Source: a bacterium
GTDB taxonomy: Bacteria > Patescibacteriota > Minisyncoccia > UBA6257 > UBA9933
DNA length: 59,114 nt
Assembly: GCA_030693235.1 (NCBI GenBank)
Contig: JAUYBE010000004.1
Span: forward strand, 1-59,114
Reading direction: 5' to 3'
The notes beneath the pieces were generated by a model. The model made no database searches. It had not been told where the DNA came from and saw only the letters and a program-made list of their open reading frames with translations. Shown piece after piece: positions 10,036 through 19,180 of this stretch (the stretch's first letter is position 1; each line of letters starts with the position of its first letter). The position numbers were made by a program, and so were the translations under genes.

Positions 10036-10455
10036 CTAGGACATTTTCTTGTATTGCGTCCAAAATAATCCAATCATGACGGCATAAACAATGGTTGTTA
10101 CGAGCGCACTTCCGAGAGCTAAAGATGGAGCAACGGCAATAGCAATAACTAAATTAGCTGTAAATAGACCGCTAATAGCAATCAGCCCCACCTTTTTCAT
10201 TTTCCAGATATAAACCAATGCTCCAAGATAAAAGATATCTATCGCCATTGCGAAGAAGGGATACCACGAAGGCAATTCTCGAAATGCTTCAATTTCGGGA
10301 ATATCACGCATAAATAATAATATAAATACCCCCATGAGTGACAATGCTAAACCAATAAAGCCTAAAATGCACAGTATTGTTACCAGCATAGGCCTTTTTT
10401 TCTCTGTTGTCTGTGGTGCTAACTTTTGATTTGTTGTTTGTTGGTTAATTTCCAT
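10036..10455 (-). CDS. hypothetical membrane protein (4 TM)
   Basis: 139-aa ORF with four hydrophobic helices between two convergent tRNA-Ser genes. Confidence 0.7.
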   Translation of the reverse strand: MEINQQTTNQKLAPQTTEKKRPMLVTILCILGFIGLALSLMGVFILLFMRDIPEIEAFRELPSWYPFFAMAIDIFYLGALVYIWKMKKVGLIAISGLFTANLVIAIAVAPSLALGSALVTTIVYAVMIGLFWTQYKKMS

Positions 10456-10616
10456 AATTTATAGTTTGTAAAAAAATAATAAACAGACCTTTTTAAGAAA
10501 ATAAATATTTTATGAAAAAATTTCTTTTGCCCTTCCAAAATATGGTTCGAGCCGATTTGTTTTCAGGTTCTTTGGCAGTTTGGAGTGCTCTCAGCTTCGC
10601 CTTTCATTTTCTTAAC

Positions 10617-10708
10617 TGGCGGAGGCGAGAGGATTCGAACCCCTGAAGGGTTTTAAAGCCCTTAACACGTTAGCACCGTGCCGCTTTCGGCCACTCAGCC
10701 ACGCCTCC
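10617..10708 (-). tRNA. tRNA-Ser(GCT), CCA encoded
   Basis: Reverse complement GGAGGCG...CGCCTCC-G-CCA, anticodon stem GCACG/CGTGT, loop GT-GCT-AA, long variable arm. Confidence 0.93.
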
Positions 10709-10793
10709 ATAAAGATAAGAATAATGAATTATGAATCAAAAATCAAGATAAAATCTTGTTTTATTTAATTTTCTATGTTAATTTTACAAGACA

Positions 10794-12239
10794 ATGGCAG
10801 AAAATCAAACTCAAAACCTAAAACCTAAAACCCAAAACCTACTACCGCGGTCGCCCATTGTTGTTGTAATGGGTCATGTTGACCACGGCAAAACGACTTT
10901 GCTTTCTTATATTCGAAAGACAAAAATGCCTAAAGAAGCCGGAGGAATTACGCAATCAATTGGCGCTTATGTTATAACGCATAATTCAAAGCCCATAACT
11001 TTCATTGATACGCCGGGACATGAAGCTTTTTCAAAAATGCGGCAGCGCGGCGCGAAGATTGCCGACTTGGGAATTTTGGTGGTGGCGGCCGATGAAGGTA
11101 TTAAACCACAAACCAAAGAGGCGATTGAAATCTTGCAGAAAAGCGAAACGCCTTTTGTGGTGGCTGTTAATAAAATCGACAAACCGGCTGCTGATATTGA
11201 GCGGATAAAACAAGAGTTGATGCAGGCCGGAGTTTTATTGGAAGGTTTTGGCGGCAATATTTCGTGGCAGGCGGTTTCAGCTAAAACCGGAGAGGGGATA
11301 AACGAGCTTTTGGATTTGATTTTATTGGCGGCGGAGATGGAAGGATTAACTTATGATTTGGAAAGCCGGGGCAGCGGCGTTATTATTGAATCAAAAGTTG
11401 ACAGCAGCCGCGGAATTACGGCGGTGACTATCATTAAAAACGGCGTTTTGAAAATTGGCGATGAGATCGCGACTCAAAGCGCGATCGGGAAAATAAGAAT
11501 TTTGGAAAATTTTTTGGGTGAGCGGGTTGCTCAATTGGAACCTTCAAATCCGGCTTTGATTTTGGGTTTTGAAACTTTGCCGCAAATCGGCGAGGAATTT
11601 ATGAGCGGTAAAATCGAATTGTCTATCTACGACAGATCTCCCGCAGGGAGAGCGGAAATTGAGATTAAAATTGAAGGAGAAAAAAGAATCAATCTCATTC
11701 TCAAAGCCGATGTTTCTGGTTTGCTAGAAGATCTTTCCGGAATCATTAAAACTTTTCCCAATGTTAAAATTATCAACGAATCGGTCGGCGATATCACCGA
11801 CGGCGATGTTAAGTTGGCGTTAAGCACTAATTCTATTATTATCGGTTTTAAATCGCGCCTTATTAAAGCCGCCGAAAATTTAGCCAAAGCTCAAAGCGTT
11901 AAAATTATCTCTTCCGATATTATTTATGATTTGTTTAAAAATCTTGAAGTTGAGCTGAAAAAATTGGAAGCGCCGATTATTAACGGCAGACTGGAAATTT
12001 TGGGCGTGTTCGGCAAAAAAGACGGCCGGCAAATTATCGGCGGCCGGGTGATGGAGGGGAGTTTTAAAAATAATTCAACGGTTGATATTCAAAGAAACGA
12101 AAAAGTTATCGGCAACGGCAAAATAATCAATCTTCAAAAAAACAAAAAGGATGCCGGTCAGGTTCAGAAAGACGAAGAATGCGGAATGCTTTTTGAATCA
12201 GAAACGACGATAAATATCGGCGACCAGCTAATATACTAG
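10794..12239 (+). CDS. infB: translation initiation factor IF-2 (short form)
   Basis: GHVDHGKTT, DTPGHEAF, NKID; lacks long N-terminal region. Confidence 0.97.
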   Translation: MAENQTQNLKPKTQNLLPRSPIVVVMGHVDHGKTTLLSYIRKTKMPKEAGGITQSIGAYVITHNSKPITFIDTPGHEAFSKMRQRGAKIADLGILVVAADEGIKPQTKEAIEILQKSETPFVVAVNKIDKPAADIERIKQELMQAGVLLEGFGGNISWQAVSAKTGEGINELLDLILLAAEMEGLTYDLESRGSGVIIESKVDSSRGITAVTIIKNGVLKIGDEIATQSAIGKIRILENFLGERVAQLEPSNPALILGFETLPQIGEEFMSGKIELSIYDRSPAGRAEIEIKIEGEKRINLILKADVSGLLEDLSGIIKTFPNVKIINESVGDITDGDVKLALSTNSIIIGFKSRLIKAAENLAKAQSVKIISSDIIYDLFKNLEVELKKLEAPIINGRLEILGVFGKKDGRQIIGGRVMEGSFKNNSTVDIQRNEKVIGNGKIINLQKNKKDAGQVQKDEECGMLFESETTINIGDQLIY

Positions 12240-12309
12240 CCACTAGCCACTAGAGTTTAGGGTTTAGAATTTACTATTGGCTAAACCCTATTGGCTAAAC
12301 CCTATCACA

Positions 12310-12657
12310 ATGAAACATCGTCCGGAGCGCGTTGTTAATTTAATAAAAGAAGAATTAAGCAAAATTATTGCGCGGGAACTTGAATTCCCCGATAGTTTGA
12401 TGACGATTACCGATGTTGAAATTGACAAGAAATTCAGCCGGGCAATTGTTAATTTTAGCGTTCTACCGTCGGATAAATTTGACCAGGCGCTTAAAATTCT
12501 TGAAAGAAACCGCCGTCATCTGCAGTATCTTTTAATGAAAAAAATAAACATCAAGCCGATGCCGGAGATTGTTTTTAAAGCGGACAGGGGATTGGAAAAA
12601 GCGGCGGAGATTGAAAAAATTTTAATTGAGAATAAAATAAATACAGACGTTGATTAA
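12310..12657 (+). CDS. rbfA: ribosome-binding factor A
   Basis: 'RPERV..LIKEELS.II', 'TITDVEI', 'P.I.F..D' motifs; follows infB. Confidence 0.92.
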   Translation: MKHRPERVVNLIKEELSKIIARELEFPDSLMTITDVEIDKKFSRAIVNFSVLPSDKFDQALKILERNRRHLQYLLMKKINIKPMPEIVFKADRGLEKAAEIEKILIENKINTDVD

Positions 12658-12692
12658 TACTGATTTCGGCTGAATTTATGCGGATAATTTAG

Positions 12693-12764
12693 GGCGTAGT
12701 GGCGAAGTAGCTAACGCGGCGGTCTGTCTCCCTGCGGGAGATCTGCCGTAGGCAGACAAAAACC
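12693..12764 (+). pseudogene. tRNA-Cys 5-prime fragment interrupted in the anticodon by a 30-bp repeat
   Basis: GGCGTAG-TG-GCGAAGTAGCTAACGC-G-GCGGTCTG [12727-12756 repeat C] CAAAAACC; no matching 3-prime half seen. Confidence 0.6.
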
Positions 12765-12766
12765 TT

Positions 12767-13024
12767 ATGAGTTATTATACATACGTATTATTGAGTCTGA
12801 AAAATAATGATATTTATATAGGTAGCGCGGAGGATTTATATGATAGAATTGATTTACATAATCAAGGCAAGGTAAAATCAACAAAAGGATATAAGCCGTG
12901 GAAATTACTTGAGCATTATGAATTTAAGTCACGAAGCGAGGCATTTAGACATGAAAAATTTTTAAAGACAGGTCAACAAAAAGAGATAATAAAAGATAAA
13001 TATGGCCAGGTAGCCAAGCAGTAA
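12767..13024 (+). CDS. GIY-YIG nuclease (small, free-standing)
   Basis: 'YTYVL.S...IYIGS...R...HN.GK.KST..YKPW.L...E....SEA...EK.LK'; stop codon lies inside tRNA-Cys. Confidence 0.93.
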   Translation: MSYYTYVLLSLKNNDIYIGSAEDLYDRIDLHNQGKVKSTKGYKPWKLLEHYEFKSRSEAFRHEKFLKTGQQKEIIKDKYGQVAKQ

Positions 13025-13075
13025 GGCATTGGTCTGCAAAACCAATATACATGGGTGCAATTCCCATCCTGGCCT
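13004..13075 (+). tRNA. tRNA-Cys(GCA)
   Basis: GGCCAGG/CCTGGCC acceptor, U discriminator, loop CT-GCA-AA; non-canonical T-loop TGCAATT. Confidence 0.9.
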
Positions 13076-13158
13076 CAAAATTTTGCAAAGCTATCGGGAC
13101 AAAACCGTTTAAAAATTATTATCTGTATTTTGATATTTGAATTTTAAATCATTATTAT

Positions 13159-13187
13159 GCCCGGGTGGCGGAACGGTTTACGCAGAG
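13159..13187 (+). pseudogene. tRNA-Leu 5-prime fragment
   Basis: GCCCGGGTGGCGGAACGGTTTACGC; ATGCCCGGGTGGCG is repeated at the start of the intact tRNA-Leu (13699-13712). Confidence 0.65.
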
Positions 13188-13230
13188 AATTGATATTGAT
13201 TATACATCTTCCATATAATATAATTTAATA

Positions 13231-13698
13231 ATGAGAAAGCGATCGTGGACGGTTGATCAATTAAAAAATGCTGTTCGAAATTCATTCAGCTATAGACAAG
13301 TTTTAATTAAATTAAAATTGCGTGAAGCTGGGGGAAATTATGAACAAATTAAAAAATATATAAAAGAATATGGGTTAGATATTAAGCATTTTAAAGGTCG
13401 AACTTGGAATAAGGGATTAAGGGGTATTGGCAAACCACGGATACCTTTAGAAAAAATTCTAGTAAAAAATAGTTTTTTCCAGAGTTTTAAATTAAAAAAG
13501 CGATTATTTGCAGTTGGTTTGAAGCCTCAATATTGCGAACAGTGCGGGTGGGCAAAACGAACGGATGATGGATATTTACCACTAGAACTAGATCATATTA
13601 ATAGTAATAGACACGATAATCGATTAGAAAATTTAAGAATTTTATGTCCTAATTGTCATAGTTTAACAACGAATCATCGAGGAAGAAGAAGAAAATAA
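13231..13698 (+). CDS. HNH endonuclease
   Basis: CxxC...LELDHINSNRHDNRLENLRILCPNCH. Confidence 0.93.
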   Translation: MRKRSWTVDQLKNAVRNSFSYRQVLIKLKLREAGGNYEQIKKYIKEYGLDIKHFKGRTWNKGLRGIGKPRIPLEKILVKNSFFQSFKLKKRLFAVGLKPQYCEQCGWAKRTDDGYLPLELDHINSNRHDNRLENLRILCPNCHSLTTNHRGRRRK

Positions 13699-13700
13699 AT

Positions 13701-13783
13701 GCCCGGGTGGCGTAATCGGTAGCCGCGCAACACTTAAAATGTTGTGGTTAATAACCGTGCCGGTTCGAGTCCGGCCCCGGGCA
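13701..13783 (+). tRNA. tRNA-Leu(TAA)
   Basis: GCCCGGG/CCCGGGC acceptor, loop CT-TAA-AA, variable arm, GGTTCGAGTCC. Confidence 0.94.
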
Positions 13784-13825
13784 CAAAATTTTGGCGAGAC
13801 TGGCCGACCCGCCGGCCGGCAGGTG

Positions 13826-13941
13826 TCGCAGATAACACAATTATTAAAATTGAAGCTGGTAAAAATCAAAACCCAATGTTCGATACGCTCAAAAAAATCG
13901 TGAAAGCGTTGGGTGTTTCAATTAAGGATTTAATTAAATAA
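13826..13941 (+). pseudogene. XRE-family HTH regulator, C-terminal remnant
   Basis: 'TIIKIEAGKNQNP.FDTLKKIVKALGVSIKDLIK' with no plausible start or first helices. Confidence 0.55.
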
Positions 13942-13942
13942 T

Positions 13943-14314
13943 ATGACAAATAAAACACTAGCAATATTTGGAATAGGAACTTACATTTTATCTGTCCTGT
14001 CGTCTGCTGAAAATTTGGAAGGAAATTCTATCGCACCAATTGCTTTGATAGCAATATCTGGGATTGCAACAACGGTGTTTATTGTTTTGGCAACAATTCG
14101 TCTGTGGAAAGAGGTAAAAAATGTATCAATAATACTTATATCTTCAGCAGTTCTTCTTTTTATATTTACGGCAATTCAAATGTTAACTTCGCCTTCATAT
14201 GGAAGTCCAATTATCATCCTTTTGAATATAGTAAAGGTAATTTATTTTATTGCATTTATTTGGTCTATAATAAAACTTTTCAAAATAAGAAAAGTTAATG
14301 ATTCAGCAAAATAA
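13943..14314 (+). CDS. hypothetical membrane protein
   Basis: 123-aa, 4 TM. Confidence 0.65.
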   Translation: MTNKTLAIFGIGTYILSVLSSAENLEGNSIAPIALIAISGIATTVFIVLATIRLWKEVKNVSIILISSAVLLFIFTAIQMLTSPSYGSPIIILLNIVKVIYFIAFIWSIIKLFKIRKVNDSAK

Positions 14315-14741
14315 AATTATGGGGTTCATGAGCTTAATTTATTTCATTATTTTTTTCGTCATCAGTTGGCTAATACTGATGAAAATTTTTAGTTTCAGCA
14401 CGTATCATAAACATTTTTATAAAACCTTGCCGATATTATTGATTTATTCAGCACTTCTGGGTTATTTGCTCGATATATTTGAGCTTCACGAGTTCTTTTT
14501 ATGGTTTTTGATAATCAATGTTGTTTTGTTCGTCAAAAATTACAAAAGATACAAAAAACAAGATTTAATGGAAGGAGTTGGCGAAGATTATAAAAATCTC
14601 ATATCGGAAGAAAAAATCAAAGAAACTTTAGAAAAATCAACAAAAAATACGCTCAAATATTTTATCATTAGCTCCGCTGTGTATTTCTTGTTTTTCTCTG
14701 CTACTTACTTGTTTTTCTTTAACGAACATTTGTGGAAATAA
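14298..14741 (+). CDS. hypothetical membrane protein
   Basis: 147-aa, TM-rich, overlaps upstream stop. Confidence 0.6.
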   Translation: MIQQNKIMGFMSLIYFIIFFVISWLILMKIFSFSTYHKHFYKTLPILLIYSALLGYLLDIFELHEFFLWFLIINVVLFVKNYKRYKKQDLMEGVGEDYKNLISEEKIKETLEKSTKNTLKYFIISSAVYFLFFSATYLFFFNEHLWK

Positions 14742-14753
14742 AAAAGAATAAAA

Positions 14754-15080
14754 ATGGAACTAAACAAAAAGAAAAACATCGCACTGCTCATCGCCGCCGC
14801 CTTTTTGTTCTTTGCTTTGTTTGACGGTTGGCCTTATGGATTTTTCACACTCTTGCGATTTGTTGTGTTCGCAAGCTCGGCATATGTTGCATGGATGGCG
14901 TATGAATCGCAAAAAGAGAAATGGGTTTGGATTTTTGGATTTCTCGCGGTTCTTTTCAATCCATTTATCGTTATTCATCTCAATCGTGATATGTGGAGCG
15001 TAATTGACTTGATTGTGGGAGTATTTATGATCGTCTCTATTTTTGTGTTAAAATTAGAACACAAACAGAGTCCGAGTTGA
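14754..15080 (+). CDS. small membrane protein (DUF6804-like)
   Basis: 'WPYGFFTLLRFVV...LFNPF..IHL.R..W..ID' pattern. Confidence 0.7.
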   Translation: MELNKKKNIALLIAAAFLFFALFDGWPYGFFTLLRFVVFASSAYVAWMAYESQKEKWVWIFGFLAVLFNPFIVIHLNRDMWSVIDLIVGVFMIVSIFVLKLEHKQSPS

Positions 15081-15214
15081 AATTTTGAGGCGCCGCGCCA
15101 GTTTTACTGGCACGAAATTCGGCGGTGGCGGAAAAGCTTCTCTCCAAGGGCGGGCAGGCGAGTGTGGCTAAATGATTCCACAAAAAATCAGAATTTAAAA
15201 ACCTTAATCAATTT

Positions 15215-15766
15215 ATGGAAAAGAGCGAATCATTAAAGCTTTTGGAAAACGAAATGATAAGCGATGAGTCGCTACCGCTTCGCGAATCGAATCTTGTTTT
15301 TGGCGAGGGTAATCCGGAAGCGGAAGTTGTGTTTATTGGGGAAGCGCCGGGGTTTCATGAAGATCGCCTAAAGCGTCCGTTCGTGGGGCGGGGCGGACAG
15401 CTTTTAGAAAAACTCATTAATGAAATCGGCTGGCGGCGCGATCAGGTCTACATCACGAATATTGTGAAGCGCCGCCCGCCGGAAAATCGAGATCCGCTTC
15501 CGGAAGAAATTGAGGCCTATAGGCCATATTTAACGCGCCAAATAGAAATTATTAATCCTAAAATTATTGTCGCTCTCGGTCGGTTTGCGATGAATTATTT
15601 TCTGCCGGAAGCGAAAATTACGCGCGATCAAGGAAAAGTTTTCGATGTTGGCGGCCGGCTCGTCGTGCCGATGTTCCATCCGGCGGCCGCGCTTCGCGGG
15701 AATAACGCGATGGCTCAATTTACGGAGACGATGAAAAAACTGCCCTCTCTTCTTATTCCAACCTGA
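15215..15766 (+). CDS. uracil-DNA glycosylase family 4
   Basis: GEAPG, PFVG, TNIVKRRPPENR, HPAA. Confidence 0.95.
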   Translation: MEKSESLKLLENEMISDESLPLRESNLVFGEGNPEAEVVFIGEAPGFHEDRLKRPFVGRGGQLLEKLINEIGWRRDQVYITNIVKRRPPENRDPLPEEIEAYRPYLTRQIEIINPKIIVALGRFAMNYFLPEAKITRDQGKVFDVGGRLVVPMFHPAAALRGNNAMAQFTETMKKLPSLLIPT

Positions 15767-16217
15767 CTTTTATTTTTTTACTTTTTGTTTTATTGACTTT
15801 CGGCAGAGTAATTTTCAAAACGCCGTTTTTAATGCTTGCCTGCGTTCTGTCCGGGTCGATTTCCTGGGGAAGAATAATGCTTCTTGTAAACCTTCCCCAA
15901 TAGCATTCCTGATGGATGTAATTCTCCGTTTTTATTCTTTCTTCTTTTTCGCGCTTGCCTTTAATGGTTATTGAATCCGATGTCAGAGAAATATCAATAT
16001 CTTCGGGGTTAACGCCGGCGATGGTTGATTCAATAGTAAAGGCGCTCGGTGTCTGATAGACGTCAATAGCCAACTCTCCTTCGGCTTCTTCAAAAATTTC
16101 ATTAAGCGATTTTTCAGGAGACGATTCTTCCAATTTTGTCAGTTCCGGTTGAAATTCTTCTTCGCGGTGATTAATTCCCGCCAGTTTTTCAAAAAAATTT
16201 TTGGTGTTTTTATCCAT
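15753..16217 (-). CDS. Hsp20/alpha-crystallin small heat-shock protein
   Basis: 'IDVYQT...IAGV..EDIDI', 'ECYWGRFTRSIILP', 'NGVLKITLPK'. Confidence 0.93.
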   Translation of the reverse strand: MDKNTKNFFEKLAGINHREEEFQPELTKLEESSPEKSLNEIFEEAEGELAIDVYQTPSAFTIESTIAGVNPEDIDISLTSDSITIKGKREKEERIKTENYIHQECYWGRFTRSIILPQEIDPDRTQASIKNGVLKITLPKVNKTKSKKIKVRLE

Positions 16218-16283
16218 GCTAATCGCGAAACTGACACAGAACATAACGCGGAACCACGCGAAATTTTGCGTCGGTTTTGCGTA

Positions 16284-16958
16284 TTAATTTTGCGTCTGTT
16301 TAGCGGTTTTAATGCGCTCGAAATCCCAAAAAACAAACAAAGCGATTATTATTAAAAATATTGTCGGATAGATTAATATTTGCTCTTTGGATATCAGTAT
16401 AAGATAATTGAAAATCATATGCAAGAGGGAAGCGATTATTAAACCCTTGACGATGACTAATGACAATGACCAGTGACCTACACTTTTTACGATTAATCCT
16501 TTCGCCCAATAATAACCGACTATTCCGGAAGTTAAGGCGTGAAGAAGAGTGGCGCCGACAAAACGAAGCGTCATGGCGCCGATAGCTTCTTGAATATTAG
16601 ACGCGTTTAACGCTACCGCGATATTTTCCACCATGGCGAATCCCAAAGCGGCCGTAATCATATAAATCATGGCGTCAATCGGTTCATCAAAAAACCGGCT
16701 TTTTCTAACCACCAAATAAACGGTTAAAAATTTAAAAAATTCCTCAATAACCGCGAAAACAAAAAAAGAAGAGGAAAAAGAAATAAAAATCTTTTGAAGC
16801 AGAAATTGAATAACGGCGGCGAAAATCGTCATCAACGCGCCGGCCATAAAAACCTTGGCAATCATTTTTTTCGGTTCGGGATGAACGTCTTCTTTGAGAA
16901 AAAAAACCAGCCAAGCGAAAGAAGGAATAAGGCCGAGGAGAATAAGAGAAATTACCAT
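16284..16958 (-). CDS. PrsW-family intramembrane protease
   Basis: EEFFKF, GFAMVEN, LLH motifs. Confidence 0.9.
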   Translation of the reverse strand: MVISLILLGLIPSFAWLVFFLKEDVHPEPKKMIAKVFMAGALMTIFAAVIQFLLQKIFISFSSSFFVFAVIEEFFKFLTVYLVVRKSRFFDEPIDAMIYMITAALGFAMVENIAVALNASNIQEAIGAMTLRFVGATLLHALTSGIVGYYWAKGLIVKSVGHWSLSLVIVKGLIIASLLHMIFNYLILISKEQILIYPTIFLIIIALFVFWDFERIKTAKQTQN

Positions 16959-19087
16959 TTTTCAATCATCAATAATTTTTTATTTTTGATCGGCAAGTTT
17001 TGGTAAATCTCTTCGGTGATAAACGGCATAAAGGGATGAAGGAGTTTTAAAGAAACAAAAAGGATTTCAAAATTGACTTTAAAAGCAGTGGCGCGTTCAA
17101 TGATATTTTCGGAGCGGAGACGGGGTTTTGAATTTTCAAGAATTTTGTCGGCGAAAGTATGCCAGATATAGTGGTAGATATTATGGGCCGCGATATGGAA
17201 TTTAAAATTCTCAATATCTTTGGTAATTTTTTTATGAATCGTTTTCAGATTTTTCAGATTTTTTCTGTCTTCTTTGGTGAATTTCGGTTTTATTTTTTCA
17301 AATTTCGAATCGTAATTCATTAAAACAAAACGGCTGATATTCCAAATTTTGGTCGCGAAATTGCGATAACCCCTGATTTTATCTTCCGAGATAACCGGAT
17401 CATTGCCGGCTGCCGCGCTCGTGATTAAAGACATTCTTACGGCGTCGGCGCCGTAGATTCCCGCCACTCCCAATGGATCAATCACATTGCCTTTTGATTT
17501 GGACATTTTTTGGCGGTCTTTGTCACGAACCAGGCCGTGGAGATAAACATAGCGGAATGGGATTTTACCGGTACGGTAAATGCCGAGCATTATCATTCTT
17601 GCCACCCAGAAAAACAAAATATCCCAGCCGGTTTCCATTACATCGGTTGGATAAAAAGTTTTGTAATCTTTTGAGTTTGGATATCCCAATGCGAGATACG
17701 GCCATTGACCGGACGAAAACCAGGTGTCAAAAACATCGGGGTCTTGTTTAATTTTATTCCCGGAGCATTTCGCGCATTTCTTGGGTTTTTCTTTTTGAAC
17801 AATAATTTCGCCGCATTCGCAAAACCAGGCGGGAATTCGGATGCCCCAGATAATTTGCCTTGATATGTTCCAGTCGCGGATATTTTTCATCCAGTGGAAG
17901 AAAACTTTTTCAAATCTCTTGGGAACGAATTTTATTTTTCCGGATTTAACGGCTTGGATGGCGGGTTTTGCCAAGGGCTCGATTTTTACAAACCATTGCG
18001 GAAGCAATCTGGGCTCAAGAATGTTCTGGCATTTATAACAAACCGCAACCGCGTGATTGTATGATTCATCGATTTTTTCAATCAAACCTTTTTCTTTTAA
18101 TTTTTCAACAATTAATTTTCTGGCTTCGCTGATTTTTAATCCTTCAAATTCTTTTGCCTTAACGCTCATTTTCCCGAATTGATTAATGACTTCTCTGGGT
18201 CCTTCAATCTCATTTTTATGTCTTTGCCAAATCTCAAAATCGTTCGGGTCGTGGGCAGGAGTCACTTTAACAGCTCCGGTTCCGAATTTTGGGTCGACAA
18301 AATCATCGGCAATCACTTTTAATTTCAGTTTCCCGATAACCACATCAACTTCAATTTCTTTTCCAATCAGATTTTTATATCTTTTGTCTTTTGGATTAAC
18401 GGCAACGGCGGTATCGCCAAAAATTGTTTCGGGCCTGACAGTGGCAACGGTCAGCGGTCCGTATTTTATATAATAAAGAGAATCTTTTTTTTCAACGGAA
18501 TCGGTTTCAATATCCGAAAGGCTCGTTTGGTGTTTGATGCACCAATTGACCAATCGTTCGCCCCGATAAACAAGCCCCTTTTTGTGTAAATCAATAAAAG
18601 TGTCTTGCGTTTTTGAAATTATATCCGGGTCAAGAGTGAATTTTTCTCTCGACCAATCGCAGGAAGCGCCGAGTTTCCGCAGTTGATTTTCCATCACTTT
18701 TTTATTTGACAGCGTGAATTCCATCATTTCGCGATAAAGTTCATCGCGGCTGATTTGAAAACGGTTGCGTCCTTCTTTTTCCAATTTTTTGTCAAAAACC
18801 ACTTGAGTTTCAAAGCCGGCATGGTCGGCTCCTGGCAACCAGAGAGTTTTTTTGCCCCGCATTCGTTGGTAACGAATCATTAAATCTTCCAAAGCGATAA
18901 AAAGAGCGTGGCCAAAATGGAGACTGCCGTTGGCGTTTGGCGGAGGCATTATAATGGAAAAGGTTTTAGGTTTTAGGTTTTTGGTTTTAGAAATGGGCAG
19001 GTTGTCGGGGTTAAAAAAACCGCTTTTTTCCCAAAGCTCGTAAATTCCATCTTCAACTTCTTTCGGATTATAGGGTTTGTTAAACAT
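16952..19087 (-). CDS. valS: valine--tRNA ligase (no C-terminal coiled coil)
   Basis: PPPNANGSLHFGH, DWNISRQ, KMSKS. Confidence 0.97.
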   Translation of the reverse strand: MFNKPYNPKEVEDGIYELWEKSGFFNPDNLPISKTKNLKPKTFSIIMPPPNANGSLHFGHALFIALEDLMIRYQRMRGKKTLWLPGADHAGFETQVVFDKKLEKEGRNRFQISRDELYREMMEFTLSNKKVMENQLRKLGASCDWSREKFTLDPDIISKTQDTFIDLHKKGLVYRGERLVNWCIKHQTSLSDIETDSVEKKDSLYYIKYGPLTVATVRPETIFGDTAVAVNPKDKRYKNLIGKEIEVDVVIGKLKLKVIADDFVDPKFGTGAVKVTPAHDPNDFEIWQRHKNEIEGPREVINQFGKMSVKAKEFEGLKISEARKLIVEKLKEKGLIEKIDESYNHAVAVCYKCQNILEPRLLPQWFVKIEPLAKPAIQAVKSGKIKFVPKRFEKVFFHWMKNIRDWNISRQIIWGIRIPAWFCECGEIIVQKEKPKKCAKCSGNKIKQDPDVFDTWFSSGQWPYLALGYPNSKDYKTFYPTDVMETGWDILFFWVARMIMLGIYRTGKIPFRYVYLHGLVRDKDRQKMSKSKGNVIDPLGVAGIYGADAVRMSLITSAAAGNDPVISEDKIRGYRNFATKIWNISRFVLMNYDSKFEKIKPKFTKEDRKNLKNLKTIHKKITKDIENFKFHIAAHNIYHYIWHTFADKILENSKPRLRSENIIERATAFKVNFEILFVSLKLLHPFMPFITEEIYQNLPIKNKKLLMIEKW

Positions 19088-19102
19088 AATACTAATAAGT
19101 AG

Positions 19103-19175
19103 TCATTGCGAGCCGAAGGCAAAGCAATCCCTTTATATTATGAGATTGCTTCGGCGCTTCGCGCCTCGCAACGAC
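19103..19175. repeat. palindromic repeat family B
   Basis: GTCATTGCGAGCCGAAGGCAAAGCAATC...GAGATTGCTTCG...CTCGCAACGAC. Confidence 0.85.
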
Positions 19176-19180
19176 ATTTT

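Noticed and set aside
12693-13075. Group I intron in tRNA-Cys carrying a GIY-YIG ORF
   Set aside because: The downstream tRNA is complete on its own and no 3-prime exon complementary to the upstream GGCGTAG acceptor strand was found; no intron core recognised.
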